Shown here: positions 50,605-60,303 of the stretch, piece after piece
Layout: each line of letters starts with the position of its first letter
How positions within the stretch are numbered: position 1 is the first letter of the stretch
Assembly: GCA_965223845.1 (NCBI GenBank)
Contig: CBDCXR010000004.1
Coordinates: 3,232,001 to 3,296,000 of the forward strand
Direction: 5' to 3'
DNA from: Planctomycetota bacterium
GTDB taxonomy: Bacteria; Planctomycetota; UBA8108; SXIK01
DNA length: 64,000 nucleotides
The notes under the pieces: model-generated
The model's input: the letters and a program-made list of their open reading frames with translations, nothing else
What the model was told of the DNA's origin: nothing
Database searches by the model: none
Translations under genes and position numbers: made by a program

Positions 50605-53600
50605 TCAGTCGATGTAGAGGAACTCGCTCAGGTTGAGGACGGTGAGACAAAACTTCGCGAGCGCCGCCGCCGTTCTCGGCGGCAGGGAATCGAGCCCCTT
50701 GGGCCGCGGACCGAGAGGTGCGCCGTCGCCGCTCGAAAGCCGGTCCAAAAACCGCGTCGCCTCCTCGAGCTCGCGCGAGTCGGGCGGCCGCGCGAGGGCG
50801 AGTCGAAACACGCGATCGATCCACACCTGCGGTTCTGCGCCCGTCTCGCGGACGACGCGCGCGGCGAGCTCTACGGCCTGACCGAGCGCCGCTCCATTGT
50901 TGAGGAGCCAGAGCGCCTGAGGCGCGACGGTCGAGACCTCGCGCCCCGCGCAGCTCACCGCGTTCACCGGCGCGTCGAACACCTCGAACAGCGGAAAGCG
51001 AAAGTTTCGGCGGACGATGATGTAGAGGCCGCGCCGCGTATGCTGCGCCGGGTCGGCCGAGGCGACCCAGTTCGATTTGTTCGTCATCTCCTCGGCAGCG
51101 AGCGGCGGCATGACGGGTCGCCCGCCGATTTCGCGGCTCAGCGTTCCCGCGACCGCGTGGATCGCGTCCCAGAGCGCCTCGCCTTCGAGGCGCCTCCGGT
51201 TCGTCCGCCAAAGCAGTCGATTCTCGGGATCGCTGCGCTCGTGAGCCTCGCTCCAGAAGCGACTCGATCGTCGGTACGTAGCTGAGGTCATGATCAATCG
51301 GTGCATGGCCTTCACGCTCGCACCGCGGTCGACGAACTCTGCCGCGAGCCAGTCGAGGAGCTTCAGATGGGAAGGGCGCGTCCCCATCGCACCGAAGTCG
51401 CTCGCGGTGGCGACGATCCCGCGTCCGAAGTGCCATTGCCAAATCCGGTTGGCCATCACGCGCCAAGTGAGCGGATGATCGGCTCGCGTCATCCACTTCG
51501 CCAACTCCGCGCGTCGACCGTACGGCCGGTCGGGTAGGGCGCGCTTCGTCCGCATTGGCGCCGCGAGAGCGGAAGGAAGCGCGGGCTCCGCGGGAGTTCG
51601 CGGATCTCCGAGGTCCCCCCGCGCGAGCACGCGGACTGCCGGGATGAGCGGCTCTCGAATCGGTCCGAGCACCGTCGCCGTCGGAATCTCCATGATTCCG
51701 TCGTAGCGAACACCCTGCGCATCGTTCGCCGGGAGACTCAGAACCGCGTTCGCGATCGCCTCGAGGAGCCTTCGTTGCTCCGACTCTTCCTCGGCGGTCC
51801 TCTCGCGACCAGCCGTCTTCGCCTCGAACACGCGATACGCGCGGCGAGCTTCGTCGACCGCGAGAATCCGGGGGTAGCTCTGCTTGAAGTCCGCGATTCC
51901 CATTCCGTGGACGATCGGGACGTCGATCTCGCGCGCGCTCGCGAACACCGCCTGAAGTGCGTAGTAGTCGCGCTGCGAGATCGGGTCGAACTTGTGATCG
52001 TGACAGCGTGCGCAGCCGAGAGTGAGCCCGAGAAAAGCCGAGCCGGTCGTGTCCACCCAGTCCGTGAGTCGCTCGAGCGCGAGCTTCCGCGCGTCCATAT
52101 TGGACTCGTGGATCTGCGTCCCGAGCGCATACAGGCCCGTCCCGATTCGCGCCTCGAAGTGACGCGTCTTCTCGGGGTCGATCTCGTAGCTGCCCTCGAG
52201 CGCGAGGTCGTTCGGCCAGAGCTCGTCCGCGGCGATCTGCTGCTCGACGAAAAGGTCGTACGGCTTGTCGTCGTTGAACGATCGGACGACCCAGTCGCGG
52301 TAGCGCCAGGCGTTGCGAAAATAGATGTCGGTCTCGTACCCCCCGGTGTCGGCGTAGCGCGCGACATCGAGCCAGTGTCGCCCCCAGCGCTCGCCGTAGT
52401 GCTTCGATGCGAGGAGCTCGTCAATGAGCTTCTCCCACGCGTCGGGAGCGTCGTCTCGCGCGAACGCCTCGACGCGCTCCGGTGTAGGGGGAAGTCCGAG
52501 AAGATCGAACGATGCTCGCCGGATGAGCGTCCGGCGGTCGGCGGGCCCGGCCCGTCGCAGGCCCGCGGCTTCGAGCCGCTCGTGAACGAACGCGTCTATC
52601 GCATGGACGTCCGAGCTCGCCTCGGTCACTCCGTACTTTCGCACGAGTCCCGCTTCGACTCCCTCGCGGGTCCGTCCGTCGATCGCGGTGTCGAACACGA
52701 GAACTTCCATCAGCTCTCCCGCGAACGACCCGACCTGCGGAAACGCACGTCCGAGAAAGATCCCCCAATCCGCACGCGCTCGAATCTCGGGGACCGCCTT
52801 CGAACCGAGGATCGGACCGAGATCCGCACCGTTCACGAACATCCGCGTCGCGCTCGCCATCGGCCCAGGTTCCTTGACGATCGTGACAACGCAGACGCGA
52901 TCGAAGAGTCGGCGAGCTGAGGCGTAGTCCGCGTCGCCGTTGTGCCCCCAACCGCCGCTGTGGAGAAGGCGGGAGTCGTCCCGGCGGATTTCGATCATCC
53001 CGGCGAGCGGGCGTCCCGGGTTCGCCGGTGCGGCGGGATCGCCGATTCCGAGGACGATGCCGGTGGGTGTATCGGCGGGCAACGGTTCGAGGCGTCCGAC
53101 GATCATCAGGGTGTACGCCGCGTCACCGGCGATCGGCGGCGCTCGGGTCGCGGGAGCTCCGAGGCCGTTGCCCGAACGAAACCGAACCGTCGCGTGGGCG
53201 CGCGGCTCGCGTTTCATGAGCCGCGGCGGAGTTCCCACCCGATCTCCAAATCTCTTCCACGTGGGGACGAGATCCCGTCCGTGACCGCTCTCGTCCTTCC
53301 ACGCGCGTACGGGAGAGTCGTGAGCGCCGTCGAGAGTCTCCGCGCGATACCAAGCCGCGAGTGAGGAGACATCGCCCGGCGCGATCGACGGCGTCCCCTC
53401 GAGCGGGACGACTCGTTCTCGGCCCGGCACAGTCGGTCGCGCGAGGGGCTGAAACGACCAGAAGCGCTCGCTCTCGGAGAGTTCCTCGCGCGATGCATCG
53501 CCCTCGCCGGCGAACGCGCCGCTCAGCGAACACACGAGAGCGAAACCGATAGAGCCGAGGCGCATAGCGAGTACCCGCGGGGACCGCGCGAAGGACGAGA

Positions 53601-53607
53601 CGGACAC
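50605..53607 (-). CDS. DUF1549/DUF1553 protein with inserted LamG/ConA-like domain
   Basis: FWSFQP; insert (AWYRAE...WKDESGHG...FAGELMEVLVFD); [49 protein letters not shown]. Confidence 0.92.
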   Translation of the reverse strand: MSVSSFARSPRVLAMRLGSIGFALVCSLSGAFAGEGDASREELSESERFWSFQPLARPTVPGRERVVPLEGTPSIAPGDVSSLAAWYRAETLDGAHDSPVRAWKDESGHGRDLVPTWKRFGDRVGTPPRLMKREPRAHATVRFRSGNGLGAPATRAPPIAGDAAYTLMIVGRLEPLPADTPTGIVLGIGDPAAPANPGRPLAGMIEIRRDDSRLLHSGGWGHNGDADYASARRLFDRVCVVTIVKEPGPMASATRMFVNGADLGPILGSKAVPEIRARADWGIFLGRAFPQVGSFAGELMEVLVFDTAIDGRTREGVEAGLVRKYGVTEASSDVHAIDAFVHERLEAAGLRRAGPADRRTLIRRASFDLLGLPPTPERVEAFARDDAPDAWEKLIDELLASKHYGERWGRHWLDVARYADTGGYETDIYFRNAWRYRDWVVRSFNDDKPYDLFVEQQIAADELWPNDLALEGSYEIDPEKTRHFEARIGTGLYALGTQIHESNMDARKLALERLTDWVDTTGSAFLGLTLGCARCHDHKFDPISQRDYYALQAVFASAREIDVPIVHGMGIADFKQSYPRILAVDEARRAYRVFEAKTAGRERTAEEESEQRRLLEAIANAVLSLPANDAQGVRYDGIMEIPTATVLGPIREPLIPAVRVLARGDLGDPRTPAEPALPSALAAPMRTKRALPDRPYGRRAELAKWMTRADHPLTWRVMANRIWQWHFGRGIVATASDFGAMGTRPSHLKLLDWLAAEFVDRGASVKAMHRLIMTSATYRRSSRFWSEAHERSDPENRLLWRTNRRRLEGEALWDAIHAVAGTLSREIGGRPVMPPLAAEEMTNKSNWVASADPAQHTRRGLYIIVRRNFRFPLFEVFDAPVNAVSCAGREVSTVAPQALWLLNNGAALGQAVELAARVVRETGAEPQVWIDRVFRLALARPPDSRELEEATRFLDRLSSGDGAPLGPRPKGLDSLPPRTAAALAKFCLTVLNLSEFLYID

Positions 53608-53927
53608 GATTCTATCCGAAAACGCGACCGATCCGGCAGATCACGCGACGCGTCCCCCACCCGAACGGATCATGCGTTCAGGTCGTTTGCCGCCCGCGGC
53701 GCGACGGCGCAAGAGAGACGACCGACCCGTTCGATCTAGACTCGGCCCTAACGTCGGCGAGGCCCGCGGGCCGAGAGCTTCCTTCGGTTCGTTTCCGTCT
53801 GCGAACCAGACCGTTTCTGTCGCAAGAAACTTGTTCACCGGCTAGAATGCTCCGGTGCGCACCGGGAACGCCGAGTTGTTCACTCCGCGACCCGAACCCA
53901 ACACTTCACGCGAAACGAGGCCTCTCC

Positions 53928-55268
53928 ATGCCCCCCACCCGCCGCGCGTTCCTGAAGACGATCGCTCCCGCCGCCGTCCCGTTCATCGTCCCCGGAATCG
54001 CCAGCGGATTCCCCGTGAACAGTAAGGTGCGACACGCCGCGGTCGGTTGCGCCGGAATGGGCGGTCACGATCTCGGCAAGATCGCGAGCAGTCCACACTG
54101 CGAGATCGTCGCGCTTTGCGATATCGACGACCACCACCTCGAGGGAGCGGCTCGCAAGCATCCGAAGGCACGTCGCTTCAACGACTACCGCGTCATGTTC
54201 GATCGCGCGCAGAAGGAGATCGACTCCTGCCACGTGACGATTCCCGATCACATGCACGCCCCCGTCGCGCTGACGGCGATCGCACTCAAGAAGCACGTTT
54301 ACTGTCAGAAGCCGCTCACGCACGAACTTCTCGAGGCGCGCGTCCTCCGGCTCGCCGCGGAGAAAGCCGGCGTCGTCACGCAGATGGGCACGCAGATCCA
54401 CTCGCATTCGGCGTACCGAACGGGCGTGCACCTGATACGAAGCGGTGCCATCGGAAAGGTCCGTGCCGTTCACACCTGGGCCGATCGCGCGTGGTCGAAC
54501 AACGGTCGTCCGACACCCGCGACTCCGCCGGGTCACGTCCACTGGGATCTCTGGCTCGGTGTCGCTCCCGAGCGTCCGTGGGGACCTAAGGCCTACCATC
54601 CGAAGTCTTGGTGGAGCTGGATCGATTTCGGCACCGGCAATCTCGGGGACATGGGCTGTCATCTCCTGGACCCGGTCGTGAGCGCGATCGAGATCGACGC
54701 TCCGACGCGCGTCCGCGCGGAGTGTCGCGCGCCGGAGCGAGAGACGTGGCCGAACGCGGGGCAAGTCCACTACGAGTTTCCGGGGACGCGCTTCACGACG
54801 GATCCCGTCACGCTCACCTGGTACGACGGGGGCTACGGGAAGGGCTACCATCCGCCGCACTACCTCACCGGTCTCAAGCCGGACGAGAAGCTCCCGGGCC
54901 AAGGCTCGATCTTCATCGGAGAGAAGGGGACGCTTCTTCTTCCGCACTGGAGCACGCCACGTCTCCTTCCGAGCGAGACGTACGCCAGCTTTCGCTTCGA
55001 ATCCCTCCCGAGTCTCGATCACTGGCACTCGTTTATCGACGCGTGTCGAGGCGAAGGAAAGACGACGGCGAACTTCACCTACGCCGGGCCGGTCACCGAG
55101 ACCGTCCTCCTCGGCAACCTGGCCAAGCGTTTCCCCTCGCAGACACTTCTTTGGGATGCGAAGTCGATGCGAGTGAAGAACTTCGCTCCGGCGAACGAGT
55201 TCACATCGCGAGAGTACCGGAAGGGCTGGGAGATGGCAGCGCTCGCTGACTTCAAGCCCGCCGACTGA
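53928..55268 (+). CDS. Gfo/Idh/MocA family oxidoreductase (Tat leader)
   Basis: TRRAFL leader; VGCAGMG, IPDHMH, HVYCQKPL, TQMGTQ, LGDMGCH. Confidence 0.93.
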   Translation: MPPTRRAFLKTIAPAAVPFIVPGIASGFPVNSKVRHAAVGCAGMGGHDLGKIASSPHCEIVALCDIDDHHLEGAARKHPKARRFNDYRVMFDRAQKEIDSCHVTIPDHMHAPVALTAIALKKHVYCQKPLTHELLEARVLRLAAEKAGVVTQMGTQIHSHSAYRTGVHLIRSGAIGKVRAVHTWADRAWSNNGRPTPATPPGHVHWDLWLGVAPERPWGPKAYHPKSWWSWIDFGTGNLGDMGCHLLDPVVSAIEIDAPTRVRAECRAPERETWPNAGQVHYEFPGTRFTTDPVTLTWYDGGYGKGYHPPHYLTGLKPDEKLPGQGSIFIGEKGTLLLPHWSTPRLLPSETYASFRFESLPSLDHWHSFIDACRGEGKTTANFTYAGPVTETVLLGNLAKRFPSQTLLWDAKSMRVKNFAPANEFTSREYRKGWEMAALADFKPAD

Positions 55269-55378
55269 CGCGGAAGCGAATTTCGACGCGCTCGAGGTAG
55301 GGTTTTCCTGTCGACCTCGAGGAGTCGAGCGCCGGAGCGACGCTTGTTCGCCCCGGCGCTCGTCACTACGATGCGGTC

Positions 55379-58300
55379 ATGGTGAGCTCGCCGCGCGCGG
55401 AGACGCAGGGAAACGTTCTCGCGAGACGCTACGTCATCCAGCGGAAGCTGGGGACCGGCAGTCTCGGGACGGTCTATCTCGCGCACGATGAGGAGACGGG
55501 CCGCCGCGTCGCCCTCAAAACCCTGCGCACCGATCGCGGTTACCGAAGGGCGATCGAAGATCTTCGCGCAGAGTTTCGAACGATCGCCGGGATCGAGCAC
55601 CCGCGCATCGCCCGGGCCTTCGACTTCGGCTATCTGCGCGAAGACGAGTCGGCTCCCGGGATCCCCTATTACACGCGCGAGTTCGTGGAAGGGACCCCGC
55701 TCCCGGGAGGACCGCCGGGCGAGGTCGCTCCCGCGGAGTATCTCCGCCCGATCCTCGATCTTCTCGAAGCCCTCGAGTATCTTCACGCGAGCGGTCTCAC
55801 CCACCGCGATCTCCACGCCGGCAATCTCATTGTCGGAGATGATCCCGCACGCGGGGCGACACTCATCGATCTCGGCTTCATGGAATCGCCAGCGAGCGGC
55901 GCGGGTCGAGCGAGCACCACGCAGACGCTCGGCGTCCCGCCCGCGATTCTGCGAGCCACCGAAGCCGGACGGGCGTCCGCGGCGATCGACATTTTCATGG
56001 CCGGCCGCCTCCTTCACTACCGGCTGACCGGACAGACGAGTGGTGAGATCCGTCTTCCGCCCGAGATTCCGGGCTGGGGTGCGCGACGCACTCTCGAGCT
56101 CGAGCGCATCGCCACGAAGGCGGCTCCCCCCGATCCGGAACGGCAGTTTCGCTCCGCGACCGAGTTTCGGCGCGCTCTCGCCGACGCGCTCGGCGAGGAA
56201 ACTCCCGAAGTGACGACCGAGCCGACCGGAGCACTCGTCGGCCGGGACCTGGAAATCGAACGCATCGATCGAATCCTGAATGAGTTCGCGCGCGGCCGCT
56301 CCGGCGTAGCGTGGATCTCGGGCCGCCCCGGCGGGGGGCGGTCGCGGCTTCTCCGGGAGATGCGCCTGCGAACGCAACTCGCGGGCTTCGCTACGATCGA
56401 CGTGACCTTCGTGCGGGGGAGCGGACCGCAGCCCGCACTCGAGCGAGCGCTTCGCGAAGCGAAGTCGAGCCCGGCACCCGCGAGAGAGTGGCTCGGCGCG
56501 CTCGACGTTCGCCACGGCGGAACGCGAGCGGAACGAGCCGAGCGCGCCGCACGCGCGTACTTCAGCGAATCCGGTGCTCCGCTCGTCCTTCTCCTCGACG
56601 ACTTCGACATCGCCGACAATGACAGCCGCGCGCTCGTTCTCGCGCTCGCAGAGACGATCGCTCTCGAACGGAAGAGCGAGGAAGCGCCCCGCCGGCCGAT
56701 CTGTCTCGGCGTGGTGACGAGCGATGACGGCACCGAGCTTCCGGCCGAGTTCCTCGTTCCACTCCGGCCGCTCACGAAACGTGCGCAAGCCGAATTGTTT
56801 TCCTCCCTCTTGAGTCCTCTCACGGCACCACCGAAATTCGTCGCGCGCGTGATCGATTGCACCCGAGGTTCACCGCTGCGCATCCGCCAAGTCAGCGCCG
56901 CGCTCCGAGCGACCTGGGGTCCACACGGCGCGATTCCAGCCGGCGCCGAGCTCCCGACCTTTCCCGGGGGGGACGAGGCGATCGATGTACCGACGGCGAT
57001 TCTCGAAAACGCGGAATCGAGAGCGATGCTGAGCGCGCTCGCGATCATCGATCGCCCCGCGCGCCGAGCCGAAGTGATGGCTGCCGCGCAGCTCGACGCG
57101 CGATCGTCCCGGCGAGCCGCGGCGCATCTCCGGAGCGCTGAGCTTCTCATCGCCTCTCGTCGAGGCGGCACACAATCGTTCCGGCTGAGCTCGCGCGCCA
57201 TCGTCGAGTTCGCTCTCCGCTCGCTCGATGACGGGACCGCGCGCACAATGCACGCGCGCCTCGCGAGTTTCCTCCAGCGCGAGGGACGCGCCGACGCCCG
57301 ATCCGCCGCAGACCGCGCGCGCCATCTGATCGGCGCAGGACGTCAGCGCGAGGGCGCTGAGCTCGCGCTGCGCGCGGCCGAGCAACTCCGTCACGGGGGT
57401 TACTTCGAAGCGGCACGGTCCGTTCTCGAGTGCGCGCTTGGCGGGGAACGGTCGAAAAAGCGTCGACTCACGCTCGTCGAATCTCTGAGCCGGATCCTCG
57501 AAGAACTCGGCGACCACGAAGACGGAATCGCGCTCGTCGAGCCCGTCTTTGCGGCGATCGAACGCGAGCGGGCGGCATCGGGGTCTCGATCGGAGGCGCG
57601 CGGTCAGCGGTCTCGCGACGCGGTGCGCATCCGGCGCCTTCTCGGGGTCCACTATCACCGCGCGGGGCGCACCTCGGACGCCCTCCGCGTCTTCGAGGAA
57701 GCCGCGGCGTACGCCCGCCCGTCGCGCGACGTCGAGGATCTCGTGTTCGTCGACTCGGAGCTAGCCGAGCTCTACACCTACCGCGGCGAGTACGGCTCCG
57801 CCGAGGAGGCGTGTACGCGAGGCCTCGAGCGTCTCGGCGGTCTGCAGACGACGCCGTTTCGGCAGCGCATGGAAGTCATCCTGCGCGCGACGCAGGGACA
57901 TCTCGAACTGCGGAGGCTGAATCTCGGACCGGCGCGAGACTCACTGAACGCCGCCTTGACGATTGCGGGCACACACGGCACGCCGGCGCTCGAAGCGGTC
58001 ATCCTCAACAATCTCGGGATCGTCGAGCGACAGTCGAATCGTTTCGGCGTCGCCGTCCGGTGCTTTCGCCGCGCGGAGCGTCTCCTCACGCGCGCCCGTG
58101 AGGGGCGGTCCGTCATCAAGATCGCGTGCAACCTCGCGCTGATCGCAGCACATCGGGGAGACCGCGACGAAGCGAGGAGTCAGCTCGCACGGGCGCTCGA
58201 ACTGCTCCGGCTTCATCCTGGCCAGCGCCTCGAGTTTTTCGTGGGGTACACCGAGGGAATCGTCGCGCAGCTCACGGGCGATTCGCGTGCGGCGATTCCC

Positions 58301-60196
58301 GCGCTCGAGGCCGCCCTAGCGCTCGGGCGCTCGCTCGGCGACGCGCATCTCGTGTCGTTCGGTGAGGTCGCACTCGCAGAGGCGCTCCTGTTCTCAGGTC
58401 GCTACACGGAGGCGAAAGCTCGTCTGGGACGCGCTCGTCGAATCAAGAGTGGACGAGGCGGAGCTCTCCTCGAGCGCATGATCGCTGCGCGGAGGTATCT
58501 CCTCGATTCGCTCCTCGGCGCCGACCGAGCGAGGGCGCGGAGTCGAGCGCTACTCCTGAGCGTCGAGCGCACCGACGCAGAGCTACCCGAGACGTGGAAC
58601 GATCTCTTCGTCGCGCTGGGAGAACGCACCGGCGGCGCTGGCGACGACGCTTCACTCGCCCCGCCGATTCACGCGATCGCGCAGCGGTTTCGCACGCTCA
58701 AGATTCCGGCCGGCGTCGCGCTCGCCTCTTCAGTCGCGCTGCTCGACGACGCGGCACGAACGAACGCGCGGACCGGACGACGAGCGAGCCGACGGTCGGA
58801 GAGTCCCGCGAGGACGAGTCACGACGTCGCCGCCGTCGCGGAACCGCTCGCCGCGGCAGCCGCTCAATTCCGCCGCGGATCCGATTCTGCTCGCGAGCTC
58901 CTCCAGTGCGCGGCCGACGCGATCGTCGGAAGACCGTTTCTGGAGCTCGACCTCTGGATCGAAGTACTTCGGGGACACCTAGCGTTTCGCGACGGCGATC
59001 TCGGCGGCGCGAGGAGACACCTTCACCGTGCCCGACACACGCATGAAGTGCTCACCCGGTTCGTCCCCGCTCGTTCGCGCGAGGCCTTCGAGAGGCTGCG
59101 ACGGTTCGACCTACTGCGGGACCTCGACGCCCGGGTCAGGCGCGTTCCGGCGGTCGTCCCGAGTACCCGACGCGCGGTCGGCGCAGGCGAGTACCACGGA
59201 ATGGTCGGGCGCTCCGAGCCGATGGCTGAAGTCTTCCGCTGGATCGAGCGCCTCCGCGACCAAGTCGTCCCGGTGCTCATCCGCGGCGAGACCGGAACCG
59301 GGAAGGAGCTCGCCGCGCGGGCGATCCACGCTTCGAGCCCCCACCGGGGTGGATCGTTCCTCGCGCTTCATTGCGGATCGATCCCGGATGAGTTGTTCGA
59401 AGCCGAGCTCTGCGGCTACGAGGCCGGGGCCTTCACCGGCGCGGAGACCGCTTCGCCGGGGCTGCTCGAAGAGCTCTGCGACGGGACAATCCTCCTCGAC
59501 GACGTCGACGCACTGAGTCCCGGCGCGCAAGCAAAGCTCCTTCGCATCATCGACGCGAAGTCCATCCGCCGACTGGGAGGCGTCGAGCTTCGACCGCTCG
59601 AGGTCCGCATCCTCGCATCGACGAGTGGAGATCTCGAAGCGGCGATCGACCGGGAAACGTTCCGGCGCGATCTCTACCATCGACTGCGAGTCGTCGAGCT
59701 CGAGCTACCCCCTCTGCGTCACCGGCGCGGCGACATCGCCGATTTGGCGCGCCATTTCCTCGCCCGACACTCGGCGCGAATGGATCGACCGAATCCGTCA
59801 CTCGACGAGGAATGCGCAGCGGTCCTCCGCGAGCACGCGTGGCCGGGAAACGTGCGCGAGCTCGAGACGATCATCGTTCGCGCGCTCGTCGTTCAGACGC
59901 CGGGACGGAGTCTTCGCCCCGAAGTCTTCTCCGCCCTCATCGGCGAGTCTCGCGCCGCCGTCCACGGGGAAAACGAGTCCTCTCGCGAGCGCTTCGTACG
60001 GTCGGCCATTCGCGCCGGACGGAGCCTCAAGGATTTGCGTCGCGACCTCGAGGCCTCGTACGTCACTGAGCTCTTTCGCGAGCTCGACGGAGATGTCGAA
60101 CGCATGATGGAGACGCTCGGCGTCAAGAAGACGCAACTCTACGATCTCTTCCGGAGAACGGGGGTCGACGTCAAATCGCTCCGGGAAGAATCGTAG
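55379..60196 (+). CDS. Multidomain regulator: degenerate Ser/Thr kinase, STAND-like NTPase, TPR-like helices, sigma54-interaction AAA+ domain, HTH
   Basis: LGTGSLGTV, VALK, HRDLHAGN, DLG; LVGRDLE, GRPGGGRS, LLLDD; LNNLG; GETGTGKE, GAFTGA, QAKLLR, FRRDLYHRL, WPGNVREL; C-terminal LGVKKTQLY. Confidence 0.9.
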   Translation: MVSSPRAETQGNVLARRYVIQRKLGTGSLGTVYLAHDEETGRRVALKTLRTDRGYRRAIEDLRAEFRTIAGIEHPRIARAFDFGYLREDESAPGIPYYTREFVEGTPLPGGPPGEVAPAEYLRPILDLLEALEYLHASGLTHRDLHAGNLIVGDDPARGATLIDLGFMESPASGAGRASTTQTLGVPPAILRATEAGRASAAIDIFMAGRLLHYRLTGQTSGEIRLPPEIPGWGARRTLELERIATKAAPPDPERQFRSATEFRRALADALGEETPEVTTEPTGALVGRDLEIERIDRILNEFARGRSGVAWISGRPGGGRSRLLREMRLRTQLAGFATIDVTFVRGSGPQPALERALREAKSSPAPAREWLGALDVRHGGTRAERAERAARAYFSESGAPLVLLLDDFDIADNDSRALVLALAETIALERKSEEAPRRPICLGVVTSDDGTELPAEFLVPLRPLTKRAQAELFSSLLSPLTAPPKFVARVIDCTRGSPLRIRQVSAALRATWGPHGAIPAGAELPTFPGGDEAIDVPTAILENAESRAMLSALAIIDRPARRAEVMAAAQLDARSSRRAAAHLRSAELLIASRRGGTQSFRLSSRAIVEFALRSLDDGTARTMHARLASFLQREGRADARSAADRARHLIGAGRQREGAELALRAAEQLRHGGYFEAARSVLECALGGERSKKRRLTLVESLSRILEELGDHEDGIALVEPVFAAIERERAASGSRSEARGQRSRDAVRIRRLLGVHYHRAGRTSDALRVFEEAAAYARPSRDVEDLVFVDSELAELYTYRGEYGSAEEACTRGLERLGGLQTTPFRQRMEVILRATQGHLELRRLNLGPARDSLNAALTIAGTHGTPALEAVILNNLGIVERQSNRFGVAVRCFRRAERLLTRAREGRSVIKIACNLALIAAHRGDRDEARSQLARALELLRLHPGQRLEFFVGYTEGIVAQLTGDSRAAIPALEAALALGRSLGDAHLVSFGEVALAEALLFSGRYTEAKARLGRARRIKSGRGGALLERMIAARRYLLDSLLGADRARARSRALLLSVERTDAELPETWNDLFVALGERTGGAGDDASLAPPIHAIAQRFRTLKIPAGVALASSVALLDDAARTNARTGRRASRRSESPARTSHDVAAVAEPLAAAAAQFRRGSDSARELLQCAADAIVGRPFLELDLWIEVLRGHLAFRDGDLGGARRHLHRARHTHEVLTRFVPARSREAFERLRRFDLLRDLDARVRRVPAVVPSTRRAVGAGEYHGMVGRSEPMAEVFRWIERLRDQVVPVLIRGETGTGKELAARAIHASSPHRGGSFLALHCGSIPDELFEAELCGYEAGAFTGAETASPGLLEELCDGTILLDDVDALSPGAQAKLLRIIDAKSIRRLGGVELRPLEVRILASTSGDLEAAIDRETFRRDLYHRLRVVELELPPLRHRRGDIADLARHFLARHSARMDRPNPSLDEECAAVLREHAWPGNVRELETIIVRALVVQTPGRSLRPEVFSALIGESRAAVHGENESSRERFVRSAIRAGRSLKDLRRDLEASYVTELFRELDGDVERMMETLGVKKTQLYDLFRRTGVDVKSLREES

Positions 60197-60260
60197 CGAA
60201 CTCCCATCGCGAACGACTTCCGCGACTCGGCGACACCGGTGCCGCCGATCGATTCACCGA

Positions 60261-60297
60261 AATCGCCCGCCCGCCTCTTGGGGGCGGACGGGCGATT
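60261..60297. terminator. GC-rich hairpin between convergent genes (probable bidirectional terminator)
   Basis: AATCGCCCGCCCGCC / GGCGGACGGGCGATT, 14 of 15 positions complementary; no long U tract. Confidence 0.6.
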
Positions 60298-60303
60298 CTC
60301 GAC

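Noticed and set aside
5300-56788. Many long antisense or alternate-frame ORFs (e.g. 5300..6628-, 17377..18711-, 35603..37234-, 44759..46768+, 55079..56788-)
   Set aside because: They overlap motif-supported genes, are Arg/Ser/Pro-rich with no recognisable motifs, and are expected shadows in high-GC DNA.
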